64,000 bases of DNA from Agarivorans sp. (GTDB lineage: Bacteria; Pseudomonadota; Gammaproteobacteria; Enterobacterales; Celerinatantimonadaceae): contig NZ_JBNKPP010000092.1 in NCBI RefSeq assembly GCF_050295395.1, positions 21,654 to 85,653 of the forward strand, in the 5' to 3' direction. Each line of letters starts with the position of its first letter. The first letter of the stretch is position 1. A program made the position numbers and the translations under genes. Below, in pieces: positions 1-9,684 of the stretch. The notes beneath the pieces are model-generated. The model was not told where the DNA came from and did not search any database. It saw only the letters and a program-made list of their open reading frames with translations.

Positions 1-268
1 GAAGGATCGCGCCAAATATTTGTTTAAGCGCGCTTTCGCTTAAGTCTTTTTGCTGAATAATTGAAGAAGTAAATAATGAGCTTAGAACAATATTAAAAAA
101 GCCAAATAACACAGCCGACATGGCCACTACGCCATAATCGTCTGGGCTTAGAATGCGAATAACCCAAAAGGTCATTGCCCAACGCAACATTTGGGTCACT
201 ATTTTTCCCATTGCCACCCATTTTAGGGACGACAGTACTTGGTTTTTCAGTGGGGCTTGTTTAGGCAT
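1..268 (-). CDS. Wzx/PST-family polysaccharide flippase (5' part; runs off the window)
   Basis: Manual translation from ATG at 268: MPKQAPLKNQVLSSLKWVAMGKIVTQMLRWAMTFWVIRILSPDDYGVVAMSAVLFGFF..., a typical WzxC-like N-terminus (ILSPDDYG motif); lies in an EPS locus. Confidence 0.8.
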   Translation of the reverse strand, partial: MPKQAPLKNQVLSSLKWVAMGKIVTQMLRWAMTFWVIRILSPDDYGVVAMSAVLFGFFNIVLSSLFTSSIIQQKDLSESALKQIFGAIL

Positions 269-292
269 TGATTTCTATGAGTAGGAAAAGGC

Positions 293-1513
293 TTAATAGT
301 ATTGCTTAGCTTGATACAAGCCCACAGCACCGAGTATTTTTTTTACAGGTTTTTTTAGCTCTACCAGCAGTTGCTTGGGAAGGCCTTTAAGCAATAGGCA
401 ATAGGCATCGAGATAGTGTTTTATGGCAAAAGGCTGGCCTATTTGTTTGGCCCAAACCACAATTTCTTTAAGTAAAGGGTCATCGCTTATCAATAGTTTC
501 GCAATGAAGTGTTGCTTATGTTGATAATACACAGCTAAATCAAAGCGCTCTTTATAGAGTTCAAGTTTGCCGGCTAAATCTAAAGTCAGTAGGGTTCGCA
601 AGCATTTGTCACAGTGAGAGCAGTTATTCGCACTGTCGCCTTTCACGCAAACATCCAATACCTCGTAAGAGTACTCGCTTTGTGCGACCTTGAGGGTTTT
701 TTCTATTCGCGAATATTCACTGCCTACCGAGTGGCTTTGCAGTGACTCGGTAGACATTAGTGGCAAGCTAAATAGATCGCTATAGGCCATATCGTAACTG
801 GGGCCAACAAAAACATCGTGATAACTGTAAGCTGAAGAGTAAAGAAAGTGAGCAATGTGATTTTGCAGCAATAAAGGGACGGCTGCATTACGAATGGTAT
901 GAGTAAGCTGAAAATCTAGTACCTTGCCATAGAAGTCATCCATATTGGAGTTGACCATAATGAAAGGTAAATCCCATTTATTGGCGGTGGTGCGTAATTG
1001 TTGGTAACGCTCCTTAAATAAGCGTTCTTCACCTACGCCATGTGAGCCCACATTGTTATAAAGTAAATGGGTAATTTTAAGCTGCTTTGGGCTGTGTTCT
1101 GCGAAGTAATCGCATATCGTGCTAAACGAATCGATGCCTGCGGAAAACCCGCTAATTACTCCTTCGCCAGCAGCCACTTGGGAACTGCAGCGTTCAGCAG
1201 AAATGTTAATCCTGTTTAAGAATGGGATCTGTTGCAAAACTAGGCTTTGATAGGGGCCATTTAAGTTAAACAATAAGCGCTCAGAGACGGCATCCTTTAT
1301 ATGAATATCTTCCTTAGCTAACATCGCAGGCAATAATAAGGCAAGTAAAGCGCTATCCGCATTATTGGTCAGACTTATAGATGGACAATGACTGACTTCA
1401 AACCATAACTGCTGGGCTTGCTCCTTGAGAGTGAAGTCTACTTGGTAAACTTTACTGTCCGATTTTTCAATAATGTTAATAGGACCAATGTCCATAAGCG
1501 TTTTCCTTAACAT
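293..1513 (-). CDS. PP-loop (adenine nucleotide alpha-hydrolase-like) protein with QueC-type Zn cluster, putative polysaccharide-modifying enzyme
   Basis: GFSAGIDS PP-loop-like motif; C-x8-C-x2-C-x2-C (CVKGDSANNCSHCDKC); co-oriented and 24 bp upstream of the flippase. Confidence 0.6.
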   Translation of the reverse strand: MLRKTLMDIGPINIIEKSDSKVYQVDFTLKEQAQQLWFEVSHCPSISLTNNADSALLALLLPAMLAKEDIHIKDAVSERLLFNLNGPYQSLVLQQIPFLNRINISAERCSSQVAAGEGVISGFSAGIDSFSTICDYFAEHSPKQLKITHLLYNNVGSHGVGEERLFKERYQQLRTTANKWDLPFIMVNSNMDDFYGKVLDFQLTHTIRNAAVPLLLQNHIAHFLYSSAYSYHDVFVGPSYDMAYSDLFSLPLMSTESLQSHSVGSEYSRIEKTLKVAQSEYSYEVLDVCVKGDSANNCSHCDKCLRTLLTLDLAGKLELYKERFDLAVYYQHKQHFIAKLLISDDPLLKEIVVWAKQIGQPFAIKHYLDAYCLLLKGLPKQLLVELKKPVKKILGAVGLYQAKQYY

Positions 1514-1771
1514 ATAGCACTTTGCGCTGTTCGATAGGCTAACGTATCTTGATGAAAAAGAGTAGCTAATATAGAGGTTTAAATGGCTCGACTTCTAAGG
1601 TTAGAATTATCGCTTAGCTATTGGCTTTAAACACAAAAAATCTAATATTTGCCTTAAGCCCTAGGTGTTTGTTGGGGACTAAGGTGATAGGCTAAGTTTC
1701 GCTGGCGAGTTTACATAAAGGTTCAGCCTTTATTCTAAACTTTTGTTTTCATATGGACATGGAAGTGAGTG

Positions 1772-3118
1772 ATGGCCCTTTACCCATCGTTACTACGTAG
1801 TTGCTTAATGCCTGCTTATGAAATGCTTAAAGGTAAAAACCTTTTAAAGCATTTGAGTACTTATGAGCAGCACTTAGGTTATTCTCAACAGCAAATACTT
1901 GATTTGCAATGGCAGGCCTTACAAGCTTTGATCGCGCATGCCTTCCATAATACTCAATACTATCCGCGAGTATGGGCCGAGCTAGGGATAAATGACCCAC
2001 GCGATATAACCAGTATGCAAGACTTTCAGCGTTTACCCATCGTCACCAAAGATGATATTAAACAGCATTACGCCGAGTTTGTATCGTCTCAGCATTCGCA
2101 TAATATTCGCAAATCCACAGGTGGCTCTACTGGCCAGCCTTTTCACTTTGAATTGGATCTTGAAAGCAATACTCGCCGAGAGGCTGTTATGTGGCGAGGT
2201 TACGGTTGGTTAGGAGCGGGATTGGGTCAGCGAACCTTGTATTTGTGGGGCGCCGATTTAGGCCAACCGTCGCGTTTTAAAACCATTAAGAATGCGCTTT
2301 ATCATGGCTTTTATAATCGTAAGATGCTGAATTCGTTCGCCATGAATAAAGATAATTTGCAGCAATATGTCGAGCAAATGAATCGCTATAAAGCCACCGC
2401 GATGGTGTCGTATGTGAATCCACTCTATGAACTCGCGCTGTATATTAATCAAAATCAGTTGCAGGTATGGCAGCCGCAAACCATTTTAACTGGCGCTGAG
2501 CCCTTACATGAGTTTCAACGCCAAGAAATCGCCAAAGCTTTCAATGCGCCAGTTTATAATACCTTTGGCTGTCGTGAATTCATGTTGATGGCAGCCGAGT
2601 GCCCCCAACATAAACAGTTACACATTAATGCCGATCATCTAGTGGTTGAAACTGTAGATGAGCAAGGTCAAGTGGTAACGGGTAGCAGCGGTGACCTTTT
2701 AGTTACCGATTTATACAACTATGGTATGCCGTTGATCCGTTATTTAAATGGCGACCGCGGGACCTTGCTGGAGCAAAGTTGCAGTTGTGGTAACCCTCTA
2801 CCTTTAATGTCCAGTATCGATGGTCGCAAGTTGGATATTATTAAAACCCCTTCTGGTGGCAGTATTCCGGGCGAGCTGTTCCCGCATTTATTTAAAGAGT
2901 TTAAAGGCATAAGTCGTTTTCAGGTGGTTCAGCAACGCTTAGAGCAAGTGCGTATAAAGCTGGTGGTGAACGAGCTGTTTAGCGAACAAGACAAACAAGG
3001 CATTCGTGAGGAAATTAATAAATACAGCCATGGTGAATTAGCTTTGGAGTTTGAACTGGTAGACGAAATTCCCTTGACAGCTAGTGGCAAACATAGGGTG
3101 ACTATCTGTGAAGTCTAA
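1772..3118 (+). CDS. Phenylacetate-CoA ligase family (CapK-like) adenylate-forming protein
   Basis: STGGSTG P-loop, YGCRE-like (TFGCRE) motif, RYLNGDRG, C-terminal SGKHR; ATG at 1772 after GGAAG. Confidence 0.85.
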   Translation: MALYPSLLRSCLMPAYEMLKGKNLLKHLSTYEQHLGYSQQQILDLQWQALQALIAHAFHNTQYYPRVWAELGINDPRDITSMQDFQRLPIVTKDDIKQHYAEFVSSQHSHNIRKSTGGSTGQPFHFELDLESNTRREAVMWRGYGWLGAGLGQRTLYLWGADLGQPSRFKTIKNALYHGFYNRKMLNSFAMNKDNLQQYVEQMNRYKATAMVSYVNPLYELALYINQNQLQVWQPQTILTGAEPLHEFQRQEIAKAFNAPVYNTFGCREFMLMAAECPQHKQLHINADHLVVETVDEQGQVVTGSSGDLLVTDLYNYGMPLIRYLNGDRGTLLEQSCSCGNPLPLMSSIDGRKLDIIKTPSGGSIPGELFPHLFKEFKGISRFQVVQQRLEQVRIKLVVNELFSEQDKQGIREEINKYSHGELALEFELVDEIPLTASGKHRVTICEV

Positions 3119-4235
3119 ACCGGCGATGGTGATCATTAGCAATCTCTACCCGCTGCCATGGGAGCCTAATCGCGCTAAGTTTAATCATCAACAATTTTCC
3201 TTGCTCAAAACCGAGTATCAGTTATCGATATTGGTGCCGGTGGCCTTTCCTGAGTGGTTTAAACACCGTAGGCAAATACAACAGTCAGATGAGCTTCGCT
3301 ATTTACCCTATTTTTACACGCCCAAGTTGGGCCGCCGCTTTTACAGCGTGATGATGTTTCTGTCGTTACTATTGCATTCTGGCTGGTGGCTGAAGCGCCA
3401 ACGGCCTGAAGTGCTAATGGCTAGCTGGGCTTATCCTGAGGCGGTGGCAACTAGTTGGTTAGCCAAGCTGTATAAAGCCCGGTTTTTCTTTAAGGTGCAT
3501 GGCAGTGATATTAACCAGCTGGCGCAAGTTCCTGCTCGAGCGAAACAAATTAAAAAGGCCAGTCAGCGGGCTTTAGGCATTTTGTCGGTATCTCAAGCAC
3601 TGGCAAAAGAGATGGGCAATTTAGGTATTGCTCAGAATAAAATATCGGTTATCTACAACGGGGTAGATCATCAAAAGTTTGGGGTTGATAGTGAGCGACC
3701 CTACTCAGAACCCTATGTGCTGTATGTGGGGAACTTAAAAGCCGATAAGGGCGTGATGGAGCTATATCAAGGCTTCGCACAGATAGCCGCCAGTCAGCCG
3801 CAGCTGCATTTAGTCTATGCGGGCACTGGTGCGATGAAAGCGGCAATCGAACAACAAGCTCAAAGGGATGGTTTAAAGCTGCGCGTCATATGGCTTGGCT
3901 CGGTGGCGCATGACGATTTACCGGCTTGGATCAGCCATGCCCAGTTATTGGCCCTGCCGAGTTACGCAGAGGGGGTACCCAATGTGGTTCTTGAAGCGAT
4001 GGCCTGTGGCACGCCAGTGTTGGCTACCCGTGTTGGCGGTATTCCAGAGGTGGTGAATGAAGCCATTTGTGGAATATTAATTAAACCTAAAATGGCGGAT
4101 GCGGTTGCTCAAGGTATTGCAAGCATAATGCAGCGTGATTGGGATAGGGCTGCGATCAAGCAACATGCTAGTCAGTTCTCATGGCAGCGCAACCAACAGC
4201 AGTTTCTAGAGATGTTGGAAATGGGTAAAAGTTAA
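3108..4235 (+). CDS. Glycosyltransferase family 4 (TuaC-like)
   Basis: HGSDI, YVGNL..KG, PSYAEGVPNVVLEAMACGTPVLATRVGGIPE signature. Confidence 0.9.
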   Translation: MKSKPAMVIISNLYPLPWEPNRAKFNHQQFSLLKTEYQLSILVPVAFPEWFKHRRQIQQSDELRYLPYFYTPKLGRRFYSVMMFLSLLLHSGWWLKRQRPEVLMASWAYPEAVATSWLAKLYKARFFFKVHGSDINQLAQVPARAKQIKKASQRALGILSVSQALAKEMGNLGIAQNKISVIYNGVDHQKFGVDSERPYSEPYVLYVGNLKADKGVMELYQGFAQIAASQPQLHLVYAGTGAMKAAIEQQAQRDGLKLRVIWLGSVAHDDLPAWISHAQLLALPSYAEGVPNVVLEAMACGTPVLATRVGGIPEVVNEAICGILIKPKMADAVAQGIASIMQRDWDRAAIKQHASQFSWQRNQQQFLEMLEMGKS

Positions 4236-4558
4236 TGTTTTGGTTAATAAATTGCTGGGGATGTTTGGGTATTTTGTTACACTAACAAGCTGGTTTATGC
4301 TCAACATTATTGGCTCAAATGGATTTGCGGTTAATGTTTTTTAAGCTCTTAGATTCTCGTAGTTACGGTCGCGTTTTTAGCATCAAGCGACGGTTTCCTG
4401 TGACTATTAGGCCTGTGTTTAAGTCTTTTCGCTACCTATCGCTCAAGCAACAGCATGATAACCTAGCCCGACATCCCTTTACGCCTGAAACTTTCGGCAT
4501 TTTATTCTCATCCCGTGTGCAGCGGGCTCTACCCTCAAGCATTGGAGAACAAGCTTAA

Positions 4559-5746
4559 ATGAATATTCTATTCCACCATCGTACGCGAGGCAGAGGTGCT
4601 GAAGGTGTGCATATTCGCGGGGTGGTAAAAGGCCTGCGTGAATTGGGGCATAAGGTGAGTATTTTGTCTTTACCTGGTGCCGATCCAGAAGAAGAATTAG
4701 TCAATAAGGCTGCAACAGAGGCACCTAAACAAGCGCCAGCTAAAAACAAAAGCCTATTTTCGCGTTTAGCGGAATTGACTAAATATACTCCAGAGTTTGT
4801 TTTTGAATTGTTTGAGCTAGGCTTTAACCTATTGGCGTGGTGGCGTTTACGCAAAGCGGTGCATCAGCAGCAAGTGGAACTGATTTATGAACGTTATTCT
4901 TTGTTTATGTTTGCCAGCGTCTGGTGGGCTAAGCGTCATCAAGTTCCCATAGTTTTAGAGATTAACGACTCTTGCTTGGTGCATCGGGTTCGCCATTTGT
5001 TTTTCCAACGTATTGCGCGTGCCATAGAGTCATGGATTTTTAGTAATGCAACTGGCTTGGTATTTATCTCTAGTCGTTTTCAGCAAGTGGCCAAACAGGC
5101 TTACCCTGATATTGCACCTTCGCTGGTCTCGCCCAATGCCGCAGATTTAGACCAATTTGTGCTTAACGATGAGGCCGCTCTAGCACTGCGCCAACAGCTA
5201 CAAGTTGAAGATAAGGTAGTGGTGGGTTACGTAGGCGCTTTTGTGCATTGGCATGGCATAGATTGGTTTGTGGATTTAATTGCTGAGCGCTTAAAGGATT
5301 ACCCAAACGTAGTGTTGTTGTTAGTGGGTGACGGGGTGTGCTACTCCAGCATTAAGCAGCGCATTGCCAGCGCCGGTGCTGAGCAGCAAATTATTCTGCC
5401 GGGGCGGGTTGCCCATGACCAAGTGCCTAGCTATTTAGCCGCGATGGACTTTGGCATTTTGCCAGACTCAAATGATTATGGTTCGCCGATGAAGCTATTT
5501 GAGTTTATGGCAATGGCCAAAGGCATGGTAGCGCCAGATTTTACTCCCATTGCAGAAGTGGTCGCCGATGGTGAAACCAGTTGGTTGTTTAAGGCTAATG
5601 ATCGGGAGGCCTGTGTAGAACGAGTATTGGCCTTGTGTTCACAAGTCGAGGAGCAGCAACGAGTTGGCCAACAGGCGCGCCGCTACATCGAGCAGGAACG
5701 GCAATGGCGGCATAACGCAGAGCAATTACTGACATTGGTGAATTAA
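4559..5746 (+). CDS. Glycosyltransferase family 4
   Basis: GT-B fold motifs YERYS, GYVGAFVHWHG, SPMKLFEFMAMAK. Confidence 0.88.
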   Translation: MNILFHHRTRGRGAEGVHIRGVVKGLRELGHKVSILSLPGADPEEELVNKAATEAPKQAPAKNKSLFSRLAELTKYTPEFVFELFELGFNLLAWWRLRKAVHQQQVELIYERYSLFMFASVWWAKRHQVPIVLEINDSCLVHRVRHLFFQRIARAIESWIFSNATGLVFISSRFQQVAKQAYPDIAPSLVSPNAADLDQFVLNDEAALALRQQLQVEDKVVVGYVGAFVHWHGIDWFVDLIAERLKDYPNVVLLLVGDGVCYSSIKQRIASAGAEQQIILPGRVAHDQVPSYLAAMDFGILPDSNDYGSPMKLFEFMAMAKGMVAPDFTPIAEVVADGETSWLFKANDREACVERVLALCSQVEEQQRVGQQARRYIEQERQWRHNAEQLLTLVN

Positions 5747-6267
5747 TGGAACTGATTAAAGCGGATCTGCGGCGTAAGCAGGAAATATTTAAGCAGGATG
5801 GAGCAGAGCTCAGTATGCTGCGTATCTTGATGGCCGATGGCACCAGCGCCAACATTATTTATCGTTGGATGCGCTGGTGCGCTACTCATAACTTGGCTTT
5901 AATCGCCTATTTTTTCCAATGGCTGAATAAGTTTATCAATGGCTGTGTGATTGGCAGCGGTGCTGATTTTGGCCCAGGCTTTGTGATTATGCACCCGGTT
6001 GGGGTAGTGATTAACTCTAAAGTTAGCGGCGGCACTAATATTACCGTGGAGAGCGGAGTGGTGATGGGTGATGAAAAAGGCCTGTCACCGCGTTTAGGCT
6101 CCAATATTTTTGTTGGCGCTGGCGCCAAAATTATTGGTCCACTTACGGTGGCAGACAATGTGAAGGTGGGGGCTAATGCGGTGTTAACCAAATCGGCGGA
6201 AGAAGGGCAAACCATGCTGGGGATCCCGGCTAAGCCCCATGCCGCAAAATCTCAAGCGGAGCAGTAA
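5746..6267 (+). CDS. Left-handed beta-helix O-acyltransferase (CysE/WcaB-like)
   Basis: Hexapeptide repeats, HPVGVVI, P.LGSNIFVGAGAKIIG, VGANAV. Confidence 0.85.
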   Translation: MELIKADLRRKQEIFKQDGAELSMLRILMADGTSANIIYRWMRWCATHNLALIAYFFQWLNKFINGCVIGSGADFGPGFVIMHPVGVVINSKVSGGTNITVESGVVMGDEKGLSPRLGSNIFVGAGAKIIGPLTVADNVKVGANAVLTKSAEEGQTMLGIPAKPHAAKSQAEQ

Positions 6268-7440
6268 ATGGAACTGATATTTTGGCTGTCGCTGACTTTG
6301 ATTGCCTATAGTTACGCTGTTTACCCCTTGCTGCTGCTAATAGTGAGTGGTATTCAGCAGGCATTGCGCGATACTCGTTATCTTTGGCGTCGTCGCGAAC
6401 GTCGCTCTGAGGAAGCGAAAGTATGGCCCAATGTGTCGATTATTATTGCCGCTTATAACGAAGAGCAATGTCTGCAGCAAAGAATCGATAATTTGCTGCA
6501 GCTTAGTTACCCCAAGGAAAAGTTAACTATTCATATCGGTTCCGACGGCAGTAGCGATGCCACGGCAAGAATTTTAATGGCGGTACAAGCGAGTCATTTT
6601 AGAGCGCATGTTTTTGAGCAGAATCGCGGCAAAATTAATGTGTTAAACGATTTGGTTGCCTTAACTGACGATTCCATCTTGGTGATGTCAGATGCCAACA
6701 CCCATTTTGAAACTGACGCCATAGAAAACCTAGTAAAACACTTTGATAGCCCAGAAGTGGGCGCTGTTTGCGGTGAGTTGCACCTCGTTGACTCGGAATC
6801 GGCCGATAATAAAGATGGTATCTACTGGCGTTATGAGCAAATGCTCAAGTTTCATGAGTCGCGCATTGGTGCTTTGCTGGGAGCCAACGGTGCCATCTAT
6901 GCGATTGCCAAGCCGTTTTATCAACCCCTGCCAAGCAATACCATCGTTGATGATTTTATGATCGTGATGAATGTGTCGAAACAGGGCAAGCAGGTGGTGT
7001 ATGAACCTAATGCGGTGGCTTATGAAGAAGTTGCCCCTTCGTTACAAGATGAAGAGCAACGACGAGTGAGAATTGGTACGGGAAATTACCAAGCGTTTAC
7101 TCGCTGTTTGTGGGCGCTAAACCCCTTACGAGGTGCGCGCTGTTTTGCTTATATCAGCCATAAAGTACTGCGCTGGTTTACCCCTCATTGCATGTTAGTT
7201 GCACTGTTAAGTAACCTATTGCTAGCGGCTCAGCCTGCCTATGCGGGTTTTTTGCTAATTCAATTGTTGGCCTATGGATTGGCGATCTGGGGCAAGCGTA
7301 AGAGTTCTCGGGGAGAAAGCCTACCTGGCAGCTTGGCTTTTCTTACTTTTTTTGTATCGATGAATTTAGCGCTAATGAAGGGCTTTTATTCATTTCTGTT
7401 TAAAAATGTGCAAGGCACATGGCAAAGGACGTCACGGTGA
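6268..7440 (+). CDS. Glycosyltransferase family 2 (CESA/IcaA-like, membrane-anchored)
   Basis: IIIAAYNEE, SDGSSD, DAN (DxD equivalent), VDD, QRRVRI motif; flanking TM helices. Confidence 0.88.
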   Translation: MELIFWLSLTLIAYSYAVYPLLLLIVSGIQQALRDTRYLWRRRERRSEEAKVWPNVSIIIAAYNEEQCLQQRIDNLLQLSYPKEKLTIHIGSDGSSDATARILMAVQASHFRAHVFEQNRGKINVLNDLVALTDDSILVMSDANTHFETDAIENLVKHFDSPEVGAVCGELHLVDSESADNKDGIYWRYEQMLKFHESRIGALLGANGAIYAIAKPFYQPLPSNTIVDDFMIVMNVSKQGKQVVYEPNAVAYEEVAPSLQDEEQRRVRIGTGNYQAFTRCLWALNPLRGARCFAYISHKVLRWFTPHCMLVALLSNLLLAAQPAYAGFLLIQLLAYGLAIWGKRKSSRGESLPGSLAFLTFFVSMNLALMKGFYSFLFKNVQGTWQRTSR

Positions 7441-8627
7441 CAATAATTTTAGCCTTGGTTGTAGTAATGCTGCTAAGCCTAGCAGCCGTAACCCTTATTA
7501 TTCGTAAAAAGCAAATGCACTTATGGTTGCCGCATTATCTGCAGCGAAAGTTTAGCGCAAAGACTAAACATCAAGGGCCAACTCATATTCTGTTTTGTTT
7601 TGTCGACCATTACGAACCGCAATGGGGGAAAAACATTAGCATTGAACAAGAGCGAGCAAGGGTTGACCGCTGGTTTAATGACTATCCGCAAGTGGCCGGA
7701 AAACACCAAGACGCCGATGGTTGTTTTCCGAAACATTCCTTTTTCTATCCTGAAGAAGAATACCGTTATGAACACTTAGCTAAAATTGCCGATTTATGTG
7801 CTCGAGGCTTTGGTGAGATAGAAGTTCACCTACACCATGAAGACGATACCAGTGACAATCTACGTAAAACCTTAGAGGGGTTCACTGAATTGCTGCATGA
7901 GAAGCATGGCGCGTTTGTGCGCAGTGAGCAAAGCGGTAAGCTGCAGTATGCTTTTATTCATGGCAACTGGACTTTGGATAACTCCCACCCTGAAGGCAAA
8001 CTATGTGGGGTTAATGATGAGCTGATAGTGCTCAAAGAAACCGGGTGTTTTGTTGATTATACCTTCCCTTCGGCGCCAAGTGTGACTCAACCGGCCACGG
8101 TTAACTCCATTTATTACGCTAAAGACGATCCTGATGCGCCTAAATCTCACAACCGTGGCCAAATGGTAAAAGTGGGTGGCCAAGCTTGGGGAGATTTAAT
8201 GTTAATCAACGGGCCATTGGATCTTAATTGGAAGGTGCGTAAAAAAGGCATTTTTCCGCAAATCGAGAACGCCGATGTGCGTAGCAGCATGCCGCCTAGT
8301 GAAAGCCGCATCGATCTTTGGGTGAAGGCAAATATTCACGTTGAAGGGCGACCCGAATGGCGCTTCATTAAGGTTCATACTCACGGTACTCAAGAAGCCG
8401 ACATGCCAACCTTGTTGGGACAGCCCTTTGAGCAAATGTGTGATTATTTGGAAAGCAAGTATAACGATGGTGATAACTACGTGCTGCATTACGTGTCGGC
8501 GCGTGAGATGTACAATATAGCCAAGGCTGCAGAGGCTGGAGAAAGCGGTAACCCGAATCAATTTCGCGATTATTTGGTTAAGGCACCGGTCTATAAAACC
8601 TTGAATGAGAGCATGGATGCTGAATAG
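7419..8627 (+). CDS. Conserved hypothetical membrane-anchored protein, possible metal-dependent carbohydrate esterase
   Basis: N-terminal TM helix; Asp/His-rich motifs FVDHYEP, EVHLHH, FIHGNW, KVHTHG. Confidence 0.5.
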   Translation: MAKDVTVTIILALVVVMLLSLAAVTLIIRKKQMHLWLPHYLQRKFSAKTKHQGPTHILFCFVDHYEPQWGKNISIEQERARVDRWFNDYPQVAGKHQDADGCFPKHSFFYPEEEYRYEHLAKIADLCARGFGEIEVHLHHEDDTSDNLRKTLEGFTELLHEKHGAFVRSEQSGKLQYAFIHGNWTLDNSHPEGKLCGVNDELIVLKETGCFVDYTFPSAPSVTQPATVNSIYYAKDDPDAPKSHNRGQMVKVGGQAWGDLMLINGPLDLNWKVRKKGIFPQIENADVRSSMPPSESRIDLWVKANIHVEGRPEWRFIKVHTHGTQEADMPTLLGQPFEQMCDYLESKYNDGDNYVLHYVSAREMYNIAKAAEAGESGNPNQFRDYLVKAPVYKTLNESMDAE

Positions 8628-9618
8628 AGCGAAAATCCGCCAGTTTTTCTTCGGCAGTGTTTATAAGAAGCGCTGGAAGCAGCGCTTGCCTGGTATTTAT
8701 GTATTTAATTACCATCGCATTGGAGACGCGAGAGGCAGCGAGTTTGACCCTAACGTGTTTAGTTGTACTGCCGAGGTGTTTGAACAACATTTACGTTTTT
8801 ACTTGCAGGAATTTGAAGTACTTAATGAGGTTAGCCTGTTGGCCTTGTTAGAGTCTGGAGCCGATATCACTAAGCCTTATGCTCTGATTACCTTTGATGA
8901 CGGTTATATTGATAGTTATAGCCATGCTTTTCCTTTATTGAGGAAACATGGTGTAAGCGCACTGTTTTTCGTGGTTACTGAATATACCGACGGCGGAATA
9001 ATGGCCTGGTGGGATGAGGTCGCTTGGTTGGTGAAACACTCCCGTTCTTCTAAGCTGAAGTTAGCGCACTGGACCAGTGCGGTCGATCTTAGCGGGAAAA
9101 ACCAAAGCCAAAACATTCGAAAATTGTTGTTTGCCTTTAAAGCCGATCACAGCTACTCCATGGATGAAAAGTTGGCTCAACTGAAACGAGAATGTCAGGC
9201 TCCGCCATTACCTAAAACGCAAAACCTCTTTGCCAACTGGCAGCAACTAAAGGAAATGGCCGATCACGGCATGACGATTGGTTCTCATACCCGTAGCCAC
9301 CCAATATTAGCCCACCTTACCAAGGAGCAACAGCGCCAAGAGTTGAGTGAATCGCGGAGTTATATTGAGTCAAAACTGGCGAGGCCTATTTACACTTTGG
9401 CTTATCCTGTGGGGCGCGCGGATAGCTTTACCGAACAAACCCAACTATTAGCCAAGCAAAGTGGTTATCGTGTTGCCTTTTCTTTTATGACTGGGATTAA
9501 TTTTCACCTCGATCAGAGCAGCGCTTTTGCTTTGAAGCGAATTTCGGTAGATGGCAACAAATCGGTAGAAGCCTTAAAAATGCAAATTCTTAGCTTAAAT
9601 GATATGCAGGGCTCTTAA
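8605..9618 (+). CDS. Polysaccharide deacetylase (CE4, PgaB/IcaB-like)
   Basis: FNYHRI, ITFDDGY, IGSHTRSHPIL, LAYPVG motifs. Confidence 0.9.
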   Translation: MRAWMLNRAKIRQFFFGSVYKKRWKQRLPGIYVFNYHRIGDARGSEFDPNVFSCTAEVFEQHLRFYLQEFEVLNEVSLLALLESGADITKPYALITFDDGYIDSYSHAFPLLRKHGVSALFFVVTEYTDGGIMAWWDEVAWLVKHSRSSKLKLAHWTSAVDLSGKNQSQNIRKLLFAFKADHSYSMDEKLAQLKRECQAPPLPKTQNLFANWQQLKEMADHGMTIGSHTRSHPILAHLTKEQQRQELSESRSYIESKLARPIYTLAYPVGRADSFTEQTQLLAKQSGYRVAFSFMTGINFHLDQSSAFALKRISVDGNKSVEALKMQILSLNDMQGS

Positions 9619-9684
9619 TCAGCTCGGTTTTTATAAGTCATCTACACTTTAGGATTTAGCATTGTAATTCCAAGGAGCTGAATT

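Noticed and set aside
4310-4558. 82-aa ORF in the gap between the two GT4 genes
   Set aside because: TTG start with no RBS and no recognisable motif; more likely an internal promoter/leader region. No sigma54, ops or JUMPstart element could be found there.
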